From an uncultured Bacilli bacterium (GTDB lineage: Bacteria > Bacillota_I > Bacilli_A > RF39 > UBA660), in NCBI GenBank assembly GCA_910587325.1, contig CAJUKB010000002.1:32349-96348 (forward strand): DNA of 64,000 nt, in the 5' to 3' direction. The notes under the pieces are model-generated. The model ran no database searches. It saw only the letters and a program-made list of their open reading frames with translations, and was not told the DNA's origin. Position 1 is the first letter of the stretch; every line of letters starts with the position of its first letter. A program made the translations under genes and the position numbers. Below, piece by piece: positions 9,212-19,028 of the stretch.

Positions 9212-10117
9212 TTAACCCTTTTTCTTTACATTTTTTTGTTTTCTTACATTTAACGCTGCTACTGCTCCATCATTTGCTGCTGTAATCAATTGGTATATAT
9301 CTTTTTTAATACAATCTCCTACTGCAAAGATACCTTTTATTTTAGTTTCGTAATTCTTATCTACTTTAATATACCCAAATTTATCCGTAATTTCTAAAGT
9401 CCTTAAAAAATCATGATTTGGTTCAAAACCAATATAAGTAAATAAAGCGGATACTTCTAAATGTTTTTCTTTATTTACTAAAATTTCCTTTAGTTTGTTA
9501 TCTTCTTCTACAACGGCAGTAATTTCACTATCGTATAGTATTTCAACGTTCTTCTGCATTTTTACTTGCTCTACTAAAGAGGCATCTGCTCTAAAGGTGT
9601 CACGTCGATGGATTAAATAAACCTTTTTTACAATATTTGATAAATAAAGTGCCTCTTCTAAAGCACTATTGCCTCCCCCAACTACAGCGACTTCTTTATC
9701 TTTATATAAAGCTCCATCACATAAGGCACAAGTACTAATTCCACGTCCTAGTAACTTTTCTTCATTAGAAAGCCCTAATTTTCTATTTTTTCTACCACTT
9801 GCAATAATCACAAAATCGCTTTCAAAAGTATCAAGAGTTGTTTTCACGATTTTCTTATCCTCTTTTACTTCAATACTCTCTACTTCTGCTATTTTATAAG
9901 GAATACCTAATGTATTCACACTTTCAAATAATGCTAAGGATAAATCAGGGCCTGCAACTTCAGAGTATCCTGGATAGTTATTAATTTTATTGATTTTGTT
10001 TAATAATCCTCCGGGAGTATCTTTCTCAAGCAATAACACATTTAAGCCACTATTTTTTGCATAAATAGCAGCAGATATACCTGAAATTCCCATTCCAATA
10101 ATGATTAAATCGTACAT
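9212..10117 (-). CDS. trxB: Thioredoxin-disulfide reductase family flavoprotein
   Basis: GMGISGISAA FAD motif, redox CALCDG, GGGNSALEEA NAD(P) motif. I chose the ATG at 10117, preceded by AAGGAGAA. The tracked start overlaps lgt. Confidence 0.85.
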   Translation of the reverse strand: MYDLIIIGMGISGISAAIYAKNSGLNVLLLEKDTPGGLLNKINKINNYPGYSEVAGPDLSLALFESVNTLGIPYKIAEVESIEVKEDKKIVKTTLDTFESDFVIIASGRKNRKLGLSNEEKLLGRGISTCALCDGALYKDKEVAVVGGGNSALEEALYLSNIVKKVYLIHRRDTFRADASLVEQVKMQKNVEILYDSEITAVVEEDNKLKEILVNKEKHLEVSALFTYIGFEPNHDFLRTLEITDKFGYIKVDKNYETKIKGIFAVGDCIKKDIYQLITAANDGAVAALNVRKQKNVKKKG

Positions 10118-10127
10118 AATTTTCTCC

Positions 10128-10940
10128 TTAAAATTGTATTTCACTACCTCTAGCTTCGGTGTATAAATCTTCAAATTTTCCTTTACGGCTTAAAATCATA
10201 AATATTAAAAGTCCAATCACAAATAAAGCAATGGATACAATCTGAGCAACTTTAAATCCTCCAAGCATCAAAGAGTCAGTACGTAAGGCTTCAATGAAGA
10301 ATCTTCCTACACTATACCACATTAAGTATATGCTTGATAGTTGACCAACTTTTAAATATTTGTATTTTTTTACAACAAGTAATACGAGTACTCCTAGTAA
10401 ACACCATAAAGATTCGTAGAAAAAAGTGGGATGAAAATAAACTCCATTAATGTTCATTCCTTCAATTATAAATTCTGGAATGTGTTTGTTTTGCAAAGCA
10501 AGTAAGGTTGTGGCACTACCATGTGCTTCTCCATTAAAGAAGTTTCCCCATCTACCAATGGCTTGTCCAAGTAAAAGAGGAATGGTAATCATATCGGTCA
10601 TTTTCGAAATACGAGTATGGTACTTACGACAATAAAGAACGAGTGTAATAAATCCTCCAAGCAAACCACCATGAATAGCTAATCCACCTTCCCATACTTT
10701 TAAAATACTAATGGGGTCATTTAAATAATATTTATAATTAAAAATAACATAATAAATTCTTGCTCCGATAAAACTAAAGACAATTACCCAAAATGCTAAA
10801 TTAAAGATAAAATCTTTTGAATATTCGTAACGTTTCCCCTCTCTAATTAAAATATATAGTCCAAAACCAATGGCAACTAAAAGTAAAAAGGAATACCAAC
10901 GAATTTCTAGTCCAAAAACGCTAATCATAACAGGATTCAT
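10128..10940 (-). CDS. lgt: Prolipoprotein diacylglyceryl transferase
   Basis: Lgt blocks: IRWYSFLLL, GARIYYV, GGLAIHGGLLGG, GRWGNFFNGEAHG. Confidence 0.9.
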   Translation of the reverse strand: MNPVMISVFGLEIRWYSFLLLVAIGFGLYILIREGKRYEYSKDFIFNLAFWVIVFSFIGARIYYVIFNYKYYLNDPISILKVWEGGLAIHGGLLGGFITLVLYCRKYHTRISKMTDMITIPLLLGQAIGRWGNFFNGEAHGSATTLLALQNKHIPEFIIEGMNINGVYFHPTFFYESLWCLLGVLVLLVVKKYKYLKVGQLSSIYLMWYSVGRFFIEALRTDSLMLGGFKVAQIVSIALFVIGLLIFMILSRKGKFEDLYTEARGSEIQF

Positions 10941-10983
10941 AGAACCACCAACTTTCCTTTTTCAATTATAACACTATTTTATA

Positions 10984-11010
10984 CAAAAAACTGCATTTTA
11001 AAGATGCAGT
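10984..11010 (-). terminator. Intrinsic terminator after uvrA
   Basis: On the minus strand, ACTGCAT-CTTTAAA-ATGCAGT followed by TTTTTTG. Confidence 0.65.
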
Positions 11011-11029
11011 CTATTTATTATACATTTTT

Positions 11030-13846
11030 TTACTTTAAATATTTTTTTAAATACTCTCCTGTATAAGAGTCTTTGTTTTTAGCTACTTCTTCCGGAGTTC
11101 CCATTGCTACAATTGTTCCTCCATTATCTCCACCATTCGGTCCTAAATCAATAATGTAATCTGCTACTTTTATCACATCTAAATTATGTTCAATTACGAC
11201 AACTGTATCCCCATTGTCTACTATTCTTTGCAGAATGGTAAGTAATTTTTTTATATCAGCAGAATGTAGTCCCGTTGTGGGTTCATCTAAAATAAATAAA
11301 CTTTTTCCTGTTGGTTTTTTTTGCAGTTCTTTAGCAAGCTTCACACGCCCTGCTTCTCCACCAGATAGAGTAGGAGCTCCTGCTCCAAGTTCTACATAAG
11401 ATAAACCAACATCCATCATAGTATCTAATTTTGTTTTTATTTTCGGAATACTTGCAAAAAACTCTTGTGCTTCTTCTACTCGCATTTTTAAAACTTCCGC
11501 GATATTTTTATCTTTAAATTTAATGTTTAAAGTATCTCTATTGTAACGTGTTCCTTTACAAACGTCACAAGGTACATAAACATCAGGCAAGAAATGCATT
11601 TCTATTTTTTTAACACCATCCCCATAACAAGCTTCACATCTTCCGCCTTTTACGTTAAAAGAAAATCTTGATTTATCAAATCCACGCATTTTACTTTCTT
11701 TCATTTCCGCAAATAAATCACGAATATTATCAAACACGCCTACATATGTTGCCGGATTACTTCTTGGAGTTCTACCAATAGGGTCTTGTGAGATTTGGAC
11801 CACTTTATCAATCTCTTTTAATCCTTTTATTTTTTTGCATTTTCCCGGAATCACCTTAGATTTTGGATATAAGCTTTTAAAAACAGATTTATAAAGAATT
11901 TCATTCACCAATGAGCTTTTTCCTGAACCGGAAACACCTGTTACACAAACAAGTTTTCCTAAAGGAATTTTGACATCTATATTCTTTAGATTGTGTTCAC
12001 TTGCTCCGATAATTTCTAGTGCTTTCCCATTTCCTTTACGTCGCGTTTTTGGGACTTCTATTTTTTCTATTCCTGCTAAGTACCTACCAGTAATGGAATT
12101 TTTGTTTTTCATGACTTCACTAGGAGTTCCCGCTGCTACAATACTTCCACCTTCCCTTCCTGCTCCAGGCCCTACATCAACTAAATAGTCGGCTGCCAAC
12201 ATAGTATCGGTGTCATGTTCTACTACAATCAAAGTATTTCCTAAATCGACCATCTCTTTTAAAGAGGCAATTAATTTATCATTGTCTCTTTGATGAAGGC
12301 CAATAGAAGGTTCATCTAAAACGTATAAAACACCGGATAGTTTACTTCCAATTTGCGTAGCAAGACGAATTCTTTGCAACTCTCCACCGGATAGAGTGCC
12401 TGCCATACGATCTAGCGTAATGTAATCTAATCCTACATTTTTTAAAAACTCCAAACGATTGATAATTTCCTTTATGATAAGGCGACTAATTTCGGTTTGT
12501 TCTTTATTTAGTTTTAAGTTCTTGATAAACTCTAGTAATTTTCCTATACTCATTTGGGTCATTTCATAAATATTTTTCTTGTTTATATAGACATTTAAAA
12601 TGCTTTCTTTTAATCTTGCTCCATGACACATTGGACACTCTATTTCCATCATGTAGTTATCTAGCCACTCTCTTATCCAAGTAGAAGAAGTTTCTAAATA
12701 TCTTCTTTCTAAATTGTTGATAACTCCTTCAAAACGTCTTGTTACATATCTTTTATTTCCATTTTTTGCTGTGTATTCAAAATTAAGTTCTTCAGGAGTT
12801 CCAAAGAATAAAATGTTTTTTTCTTTCTTAGTTAGATTTTTGAAAGGCTTATCCATATCAATTTTATAATGGTCACATGCTGTTTTAACGTCAGTATAAA
12901 AAATGTTTGCATCATCCGACATAGTGGAAATAGCACCCTTATTAATAGACAATTCTTTATCAGGCACCAAAAGTTCTTCTGAAATAGCCGTTTTAAAACC
13001 TAATCCTTTACATTCCGGACAAGCTCCAAATGGGGCATTAAAAGAAAACATTCTTGGTTCTAAATCTGGAATGGAGTAGTTACATTTTACACAAGCAAAC
13101 TTCTCACTCCATAACATTTCTTCTCCACCAATAATGTGAATAAGGACCATACCATCTGCAAGGCGTGTACTTGTTTCGATTGCTTCAAAGATACGACTTC
13201 GTTCTTCTTCCTTTAATACAATTCTATCTACTACCACTTCTATGGTATCTTTGCTATTTTTCTCTAACGTAATTTCTTCGTCTAAAGAACGCATCTCTCC
13301 GTTTAGTCTAATTCTTGTAAATCCTTCTCTTCTTAATTCTTCTAGAAGGTCTTGGTGCATTCCTTTTTCGTCTTTTACAACCGGAGCCATAATCTCTAAC
13401 TTAGAACTCACTTCTAAATTCATGACTTTGTTAGTCATTTCTTCAATGCTTTGATGCGTAATCGCCTCATGATGGTTTGGGCAATAAGGAGTCCCAACTC
13501 TAGCATATAAAAGTTTTAGGTAATCATAAATTTCTGTCACCGTTCCAACAGTACTACGGGGATTGTTATTGGTTGTTTTTTGGTCTATGGCAATAGAAGG
13601 AGAAAGCCCATCAATCGAATCCACATCCGGTTTATCACTGCCACCTAAAAATTGACGTGCATAACTAGATAGACTTTCCACAAATCTTCTTTGCCCTTCA
13701 GCATAAATCGTATCAAAAGCTAGACTACTTTTCCCACTTCCAGATACGCCTGTCATGACAATTAATTTATTTTTTGGTAAATCCAAATCTATATTTTTTA
13801 AATTATTTTCTCTTGCTCCACGTATGATAATCTTATCATTTTTCAA
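11030..13846 (-). CDS. uvrA: Excinuclease ABC subunit A
   Basis: 938 aa with two ABC ATPase modules (GVSGSGKSS twice) and zinc-finger Cys clusters. TTG start 8 nt after AAGGAG. Confidence 0.95.
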   Translation of the reverse strand: MKNDKIIIRGARENNLKNIDLDLPKNKLIVMTGVSGSGKSSLAFDTIYAEGQRRFVESLSSYARQFLGGSDKPDVDSIDGLSPSIAIDQKTTNNNPRSTVGTVTEIYDYLKLLYARVGTPYCPNHHEAITHQSIEEMTNKVMNLEVSSKLEIMAPVVKDEKGMHQDLLEELRREGFTRIRLNGEMRSLDEEITLEKNSKDTIEVVVDRIVLKEEERSRIFEAIETSTRLADGMVLIHIIGGEEMLWSEKFACVKCNYSIPDLEPRMFSFNAPFGACPECKGLGFKTAISEELLVPDKELSINKGAISTMSDDANIFYTDVKTACDHYKIDMDKPFKNLTKKEKNILFFGTPEELNFEYTAKNGNKRYVTRRFEGVINNLERRYLETSSTWIREWLDNYMMEIECPMCHGARLKESILNVYINKKNIYEMTQMSIGKLLEFIKNLKLNKEQTEISRLIIKEIINRLEFLKNVGLDYITLDRMAGTLSGGELQRIRLATQIGSKLSGVLYVLDEPSIGLHQRDNDKLIASLKEMVDLGNTLIVVEHDTDTMLAADYLVDVGPGAGREGGSIVAAGTPSEVMKNKNSITGRYLAGIEKIEVPKTRRKGNGKALEIIGASEHNLKNIDVKIPLGKLVCVTGVSGSGKSSLVNEILYKSVFKSLYPKSKVIPGKCKKIKGLKEIDKVVQISQDPIGRTPRSNPATYVGVFDNIRDLFAEMKESKMRGFDKSRFSFNVKGGRCEACYGDGVKKIEMHFLPDVYVPCDVCKGTRYNRDTLNIKFKDKNIAEVLKMRVEEAQEFFASIPKIKTKLDTMMDVGLSYVELGAGAPTLSGGEAGRVKLAKELQKKPTGKSLFILDEPTTGLHSADIKKLLTILQRIVDNGDTVVVIEHNLDVIKVADYIIDLGPNGGDNGGTIVAMGTPEEVAKNKDSYTGEYLKKYLK

Positions 13847-13974
13847 AACGCATCACTCCTTAGCGTTACTTATTTTACCACAAAATAACACTTTTTATTT
13901 GCAAAATTACTATAGCATATATTTGTTCGCTTCGCAAGTCAAAAGAAAAGAAGATACAACTTCTCTAACTAAGT

Positions 13975-14334
13975 TTATAATAATGGTTTAGTATCTTCAT
14001 CTAAAATAGTTTGTCTATTCATAACTAAATTCATTTGTTCTAAAACATGATTTACTTTTTGAATCCCTTTCATTATATCAGCAGTTTTTAAAGACCCTTC
14101 TTTTGTATCTTGAGCTATCACATAAATACAGCCGACAATTACCTGATTAATATCCTCATAATATTTATTCTTTTCTATTAATAATTGTTCTTTAACATTT
14201 GGATTTTGCATACATAATTGATTTATGAATTCATTGATAGTTTCTTCATATGATGAGCTATTTGTCGGGAAAACATAACTTTTTAAAATATCGACTATAA
14301 GTGCATAAATCGTTTGTCTAATTTCTCCTTCCAC
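13975..14334 (-). CDS. Hypothetical protein (119 aa)
   Basis: Intact ORF with a GTG start 7 nt after AAAGGAA. I recognise no family. Confidence 0.4.
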   Translation of the reverse strand: MEGEIRQTIYALIVDILKSYVFPTNSSSYEETINEFINQLCMQNPNVKEQLLIEKNKYYEDINQVIVGCIYVIAQDTKEGSLKTADIMKGIQKVNHVLEQMNLVMNRQTILDEDTKPLL

Positions 14335-14359
14335 ATCAAAATTCCTTTCTCTACATTTT

Positions 14360-15547
14360 CTAATTCTTTTTTACAATCAGTTCTCTTTTCTCTATCAAAA
14401 TAGAAGCAAATATATAATGGATAATGCCAATAATTAAGGCCGGTATGACAAAGTATCGTAAGTCTAAATGAAATACAAGCCCGCAAAAAAAGGTGCCGAT
14501 TGCTTTTCCTAAAAGAGAACTACAATATTTTAATGTGGTTAAAAACAAAGAATATTTTTCTTCTATATTGTTGATAAAATAGCTGCCAAAAATAAAACTA
14601 TAAGGTAAATCCGTTAAGAACAAGTAAATCAAAGTTCCCAACAAAACCATTTTGCTATTGGTTATAAACACAACTATATAGAGTAATACACGTATTCCAT
14701 ATTTTATCATTAGATTTCCATGGTCATTTTTAAAACGGAAATGTTTTACAACTAACATAGATAATATATTGGAACAAATTCCTAATCCTAATATACAAAA
14801 ACTAGCAAAACTAGAGGAAAAACCTAAATTATCTGTTAATAACAACATGGGCATTCCAAGGATAGCTCCCCATATCATATCACCTAAAAAGTTAACAAAT
14901 AAGAAAAAGTACAAAACTTTATTCTGATTAAAATAGTGTATGGTCTTTTTCATATTAAATCTTTCTTCGGTATTATTTTCGAGTGAAACTGCCATTAAAA
15001 CTACAAAAGCTAAAAAGTTAAAAATAACGGATAGCAGTAAACAAATATTATACTCTACTAAGGTATGAAAAATGGTTTTGCCAAGTAAAACAGCAACTAA
15101 TAAAAAACCTAATTTACTAAATAAAGATTCTACAAAGCTTTTTTTAGTATACAAAATATCATCTTTACTAATATTCATCATTAAAGGATACACACTTGCA
15201 AGAATTAATTGACTAAAGGCTATGTTAAAAAACATTAAAAATTTGATAAGAAATGCATTTTCTGTTCCGTTTAAACAAATTAAAATTGCGCCAGTTATCA
15301 TATTTAGGGCAAGCGTAATACAAATTCCCCACTTTAATTTATTGGTCGATACACGAATTGTAAAATAAAATAAGACAAATACCGTTACAATATAAGAAAC
15401 ACTAATAACATGACTTATAGTTGTTGTAGATAATCCATTCGTATTCATCCAAAGTTCACGATAGTTATCAAATAATCCTATTGAAAAACCAAAAAGTGCT
15501 AAGAAAAATAATAAACAAAAACTTTTATTTTCTTTCAATTTTTGCAT
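14360..15547 (-). CDS. MFS-type transporter
   Basis: About 12 predicted hydrophobic segments in two halves, no soluble domain. ATG at 15547 follows AAGGTGG. Confidence 0.6.
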   Translation of the reverse strand: MQKLKENKSFCLLFFLALFGFSIGLFDNYRELWMNTNGLSTTTISHVISVSYIVTVFVLFYFTIRVSTNKLKWGICITLALNMITGAILICLNGTENAFLIKFLMFFNIAFSQLILASVYPLMMNISKDDILYTKKSFVESLFSKLGFLLVAVLLGKTIFHTLVEYNICLLLSVIFNFLAFVVLMAVSLENNTEERFNMKKTIHYFNQNKVLYFFLFVNFLGDMIWGAILGMPMLLLTDNLGFSSSFASFCILGLGICSNILSMLVVKHFRFKNDHGNLMIKYGIRVLLYIVVFITNSKMVLLGTLIYLFLTDLPYSFIFGSYFINNIEEKYSLFLTTLKYCSSLLGKAIGTFFCGLVFHLDLRYFVIPALIIGIIHYIFASILIEKRELIVKKN

Positions 15548-15583
15548 GCATACCACCTTATAGATAGTATAGCATAAAAAACT

Positions 15584-16345
15584 CTACTTTTCTTCAGGAT
15601 ATTTTCGTTTTTGAATTTTGTAGGTAATGGCCATAGAAAGTTTCCATGGAATTATACGATTGAAAAACAAACCTAGTTTAACACTAAAGCCGGGTACAAT
15701 GATTAATTTATTTTTAAACATCCTATCAATAGCGTATTTTGCTACTTTACGGCTTGGCATTTCTTTTAAACTAAAAACACCATGAGCAACAGAATTAAAC
15801 TCTGTTGCAACAGGCCCAGGGCATAAACAACTAATATGAACATGACTATTTTGGTGTTTTAATTCTTCATAAATTCCCATTGTAAGTTTAGTAATATAGT
15901 TTTTCGTTGCGTAATACGTATTAAGTCTTGGCCCTACCAAGAACCCTGCACTTGAACAAACATTTAAGATATAGCCATTATCTTTTTTTATAAAGTCAAT
16001 TAAAAATAATTTTGTTAGAATATGGTAGGCTTTAATATTTAAATCAATCATTTCAAGTTCACGAGTTAAATCCGTTTTAGAAAACATTCCAAATAATCCA
16101 AATCCGGCATTATTGATTAAAATGTCAATATTCTCTTTTTTCACTTGTTCATGTAATTTAAAAACATTTTCTTCTTTAAGCAAATCTAGAACAAGTATTT
16201 GAACATTGGTTTTCACTTTTTCTTTAATTTCTTCTAAACGTTCTTTTCTTCTTGCTACTAAAATAAGATCATATCCTAAATTTGCTAAGTAGTAAGCCAT
16301 ATCTCTTCCTATTCCACTACTTGCTCCTGTTATTAATGCTTTCAT
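15584..16345 (-). CDS. SDR-family oxidoreductase
   Basis: TGASSGIG cofactor motif, NNAG, and catalytic YxxxK (YYATK). Confidence 0.85.
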   Translation of the reverse strand: MKALITGASSGIGRDMAYYLANLGYDLILVARRKERLEEIKEKVKTNVQILVLDLLKEENVFKLHEQVKKENIDILINNAGFGLFGMFSKTDLTRELEMIDLNIKAYHILTKLFLIDFIKKDNGYILNVCSSAGFLVGPRLNTYYATKNYITKLTMGIYEELKHQNSHVHISCLCPGPVATEFNSVAHGVFSLKEMPSRKVAKYAIDRMFKNKLIIVPGFSVKLGLFFNRIIPWKLSMAITYKIQKRKYPEEK

Positions 16346-16385
16346 ACAATCACCTTTTCTTTTATTATAATGAAAAAAGAAGCTT

Positions 16386-17230
16386 TTATTCTTCTTTTAG
16401 CGTAGTAATTTCTTCTAATGATAAGTTAGTATATTTCATTATTTTATCTAAATCTTCACCCTCAAGTAACATTTTCCTAGCAGTTTTTATTGCATTTTCT
16501 TTTGCTCCTTCTTCTTTGGCAATAGAAATATCCGAATTATAACACTTACGCTTGTCTTCCTCTTCACTCATGTACTCCCGAAATCTTACATCTTTGTTAA
16601 TAATCTCTACATTCATTTTGTAATCCTCCACCCATTTATCTTTTTTGCTTAACTTTTCTATGTCATCAAGTCCTAAATACAACATAATCAAGTATTTGTA
16701 TTTCCCTATTTCTTTTTCATTTTTAGAATACCAAAACTCCATGATTTTGTCCATATTGTATTATAAGATTATAAAATTTTTTACAAACTTATGTTGTCTT
16801 TTATCTTGAATATAATATTTTCTTACAATCTCATTATCTTCTTTTCCTAGTCCATAAGTGAAATTAATTTGAATAATTTGCATGTCTTCTGTATATTTTT
16901 CTCCCACTAAAGTATAATGCGAATAATTATCACATTGGTAAGCTGTATTTCTACTATGTAAATAATCTTTTTTACATGTATTCATTTCTACATCAATTTT
17001 TCCTTGATTGGTGGTAAGGAGAATATCTAGATTTTTTCTTCGGACACTCAAATTGCTTGTATTTCGTTCTACATTTTTCTTACCATTTCTTTTATAGAAA
17101 CACCAAGTGCCATTTCTAAAATCTTTTTTAAAATTTCTTCATTTTTTTCGTTAAGTAAGACTTCTTTAAAAGCTCTATCGTTTCTACAAGTATATAATTT
17201 ATCATTTGTTTCAGTAGTTATTTTTCTCAC
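16386..17230 (-). pseudogene. Rpn/YhgA-like PD-(D/E)XK recombination-promoting nuclease / putative transposase, disrupted
   Basis: The gene survives as three fragments. The N-terminal piece (about 17230-17077, DRAFKEVLLNEKNEEILKKILEMALG) ends in TAG and a frameshift follows. The nuclease core (17051-16761, IDVEMN...IIQINF) ends in an in-frame TAA. The same frame then continues (YN-MDKIMEFWY...) to the typical C-terminal helix repeat (AKEEGAKENAIKTARKML..GEDLDKIMKYTNLSLEEI). Confidence 0.7.
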
Positions 17231-17335
17231 CTCCCTATTCTTATATATAAACTGCGAATTGGTGATTTCCTTTTTTTGAAGGTGAAATAATTTAAAAAAA
17301 CTTTTATTGATTTTCTCTGTTTTTTATAATAACTT

Positions 17336-18202
17336 TTAACTATGTTTGTTTTTTAACTGCCTCTTTAGTTCTTCTCTATCATAGTCGATATATTGTCTTA
17401 AAAAATATATTTTATCTATATCTTTTTCAAATATTAGATTTGCCAATAAACAAGCATCTTCTAAATAAAGAATTGCATATGGTTTATTAGTAAGATAACT
17501 CCTATAATCAAAATATTCTAAATCAAGGAATGGAATTTTTTCTTGTAAATGATAAAACGTATTAATATAATTTTGCCATAGCCATGCATCATCACAACCA
17601 TTAGGAATTCTATATTCAATTATATCTGGAATAAAAGTATTATTTTTTAAACTATTTTTTAAAGCAATACAATATTCTTTATTATTCCTAAAACGGTTTA
17701 TATTAAATTCTTCAACTTTCCTACATTCCCAAATTTTAAAATATTTTTTTAAACTATTGGCATACGTAAGTGGCCTTAAAAATTCATGATTACTTGTGGA
17801 AAACTTAAATAAGATATGTTCAAATTTCATAAAAAATAGACAAAACTTAAAAAAGTCATTTATTGTCTTATAATGGACATCCATATTTATTTGAAATGCT
17901 GCATAATCAAAATTAATTTGACATTTTTTCATTCTTTCACTTAAAAGAAATAATTGATTCCACACTTCTTTTGTACCATATAATTTGGGTGTCTGTATTT
18001 CATATGGAAAGTCTGTTTTTAAACCCACATCTACTTCATAAGTATAACCCTTTTCTTTTAAACCCTCCATAATGTATTTTCTATCCATCTCATTAAAAAG
18101 ACCCATTTCTATTTCAAGACCAAATACGCGAGGAATTTCTAGATTATAACGATAGGGTAAATTGTCATATAATGCCACTTCAATTAATTCTTGATTTTTC
18201 AT
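17336..18202 (-). CDS. Hypothetical protein, possibly a divergent amidoligase (GS-like, Amidoligase_2-type)
   Basis: FGLEIEMG near the N-terminus, EIQTPKLYG, AAFQINMDV and IEYRIPNG near the C-terminus follow the order of amidoligase blocks (GvE.E / E..SP.l / H.H / iEfR), but the His pair is replaced. The start is the ATG at 18202, after GAAGGTG. The tracked start overlaps the promoter. Confidence 0.35.
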   Translation of the reverse strand: MKNQELIEVALYDNLPYRYNLEIPRVFGLEIEMGLFNEMDRKYIMEGLKEKGYTYEVDVGLKTDFPYEIQTPKLYGTKEVWNQLFLLSERMKKCQINFDYAAFQINMDVHYKTINDFFKFCLFFMKFEHILFKFSTSNHEFLRPLTYANSLKKYFKIWECRKVEEFNINRFRNNKEYCIALKNSLKNNTFIPDIIEYRIPNGCDDAWLWQNYINTFYHLQEKIPFLDLEYFDYRSYLTNKPYAILYLEDACLLANLIFEKDIDKIYFLRQYIDYDREELKRQLKNKHS

Positions 18203-18227
18203 AAGAGCACCTTCTGTAGTGAAAAAT

Positions 18228-18256
18228 ATTATATTTTTAAATATATGAAATGTCAA
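18228..18256 (-). promoter_or_regulatory. Perfect-consensus sigma-A promoter for the amidoligase-like gene
   Basis: On the minus strand, TTGACA (18256-18251), exactly 17 nt, TATAAT (18233-18228). The RBS and ATG lie about 25 nt downstream. Confidence 0.65.
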
Positions 18257-18343
18257 ATATTAAAATAGAATCATTAATAAAGTTACTCCTTACTCTTGTT
18301 GCTATTTAAGTAAATCAATTTTTATAATAGAAAAAGAAGGGAC

Positions 18344-19018
18344 CTACCTTCTATTATTGCTATTCGTAAATATTAAAACTAATCTTACAATTTCTAAAGC
18401 ACTTGATAAAACCCCTGCAAGATAAGTAGAGGCTGCAGCAGAAAGCATCTTCGCTACGCCCTTTTGTTCTTCACTATTTGCTAATTCTAAGGCTTTAATT
18501 TCTTTTTTTGCTCTTTTACTTGCATCTATTTCAACCGGTAATGTAACAAGTTGAAATATAAGTCCTGTTCCTACAAGAAGTATACCTAGCCAAATCATAT
18601 TAATTGATTCCATTGCTAAACCTAAAAATATAACAAAATAGGATAGTCCTGTTGCAAAATGTACTACCGGAAATAATAAACTTCTAATACGCATGTAGGT
18701 GTAACCTACTTTATCTTGTATCGCATGTCCGCATTCATGAGCAGCAACGGATAATGCCGCAATACTAGAACCATGAAAAACTTCTTTTGAAAGTCTAACC
18801 ACTTTTCTTTTTGGGTCATAATGGTCAGTTAAATTTCCATTTACTTCTACGATATAAATGTCTTTTAAATCATTTTTATCTAGTATTTTTCTTGCTACTT
18901 CAAATCCCGTAATATTCGCTTCATTCTCGATATTTTTGTACTTACTATAACTTGATGAAACTAAAAATTGGGCAATGGCAGGTATAGCAAGCATAAGTAT
19001 AAAAATTAATAAATCCAT
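18344..19018 (-). CDS. Membrane zinc metallopeptidase (Zn_peptidase_2 family)
   Basis: HECGHAIQD zinc motif between TM helices, 224 aa, AAGAGG RBS. Confidence 0.8.
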   Translation of the reverse strand: MDLLIFILMLAIPAIAQFLVSSSYSKYKNIENEANITGFEVARKILDKNDLKDIYIVEVNGNLTDHYDPKRKVVRLSKEVFHGSSIAALSVAAHECGHAIQDKVGYTYMRIRSLLFPVVHFATGLSYFVIFLGLAMESINMIWLGILLVGTGLIFQLVTLPVEIDASKRAKKEIKALELANSEEQKGVAKMLSAAASTYLAGVLSSALEIVRLVLIFTNSNNRR

Positions 19019-19028
19019 AATCTACCTC

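Noticed and set aside
13915-13945. A CGAAC half-site upstream of uvrA, considered as a possible LexA (Cheo) box.
   Set aside because: Only one half is present (GCGAACAAATATATGC). The GTTC half at the required 4-nt spacing is missing, so I cannot call an SOS operator.
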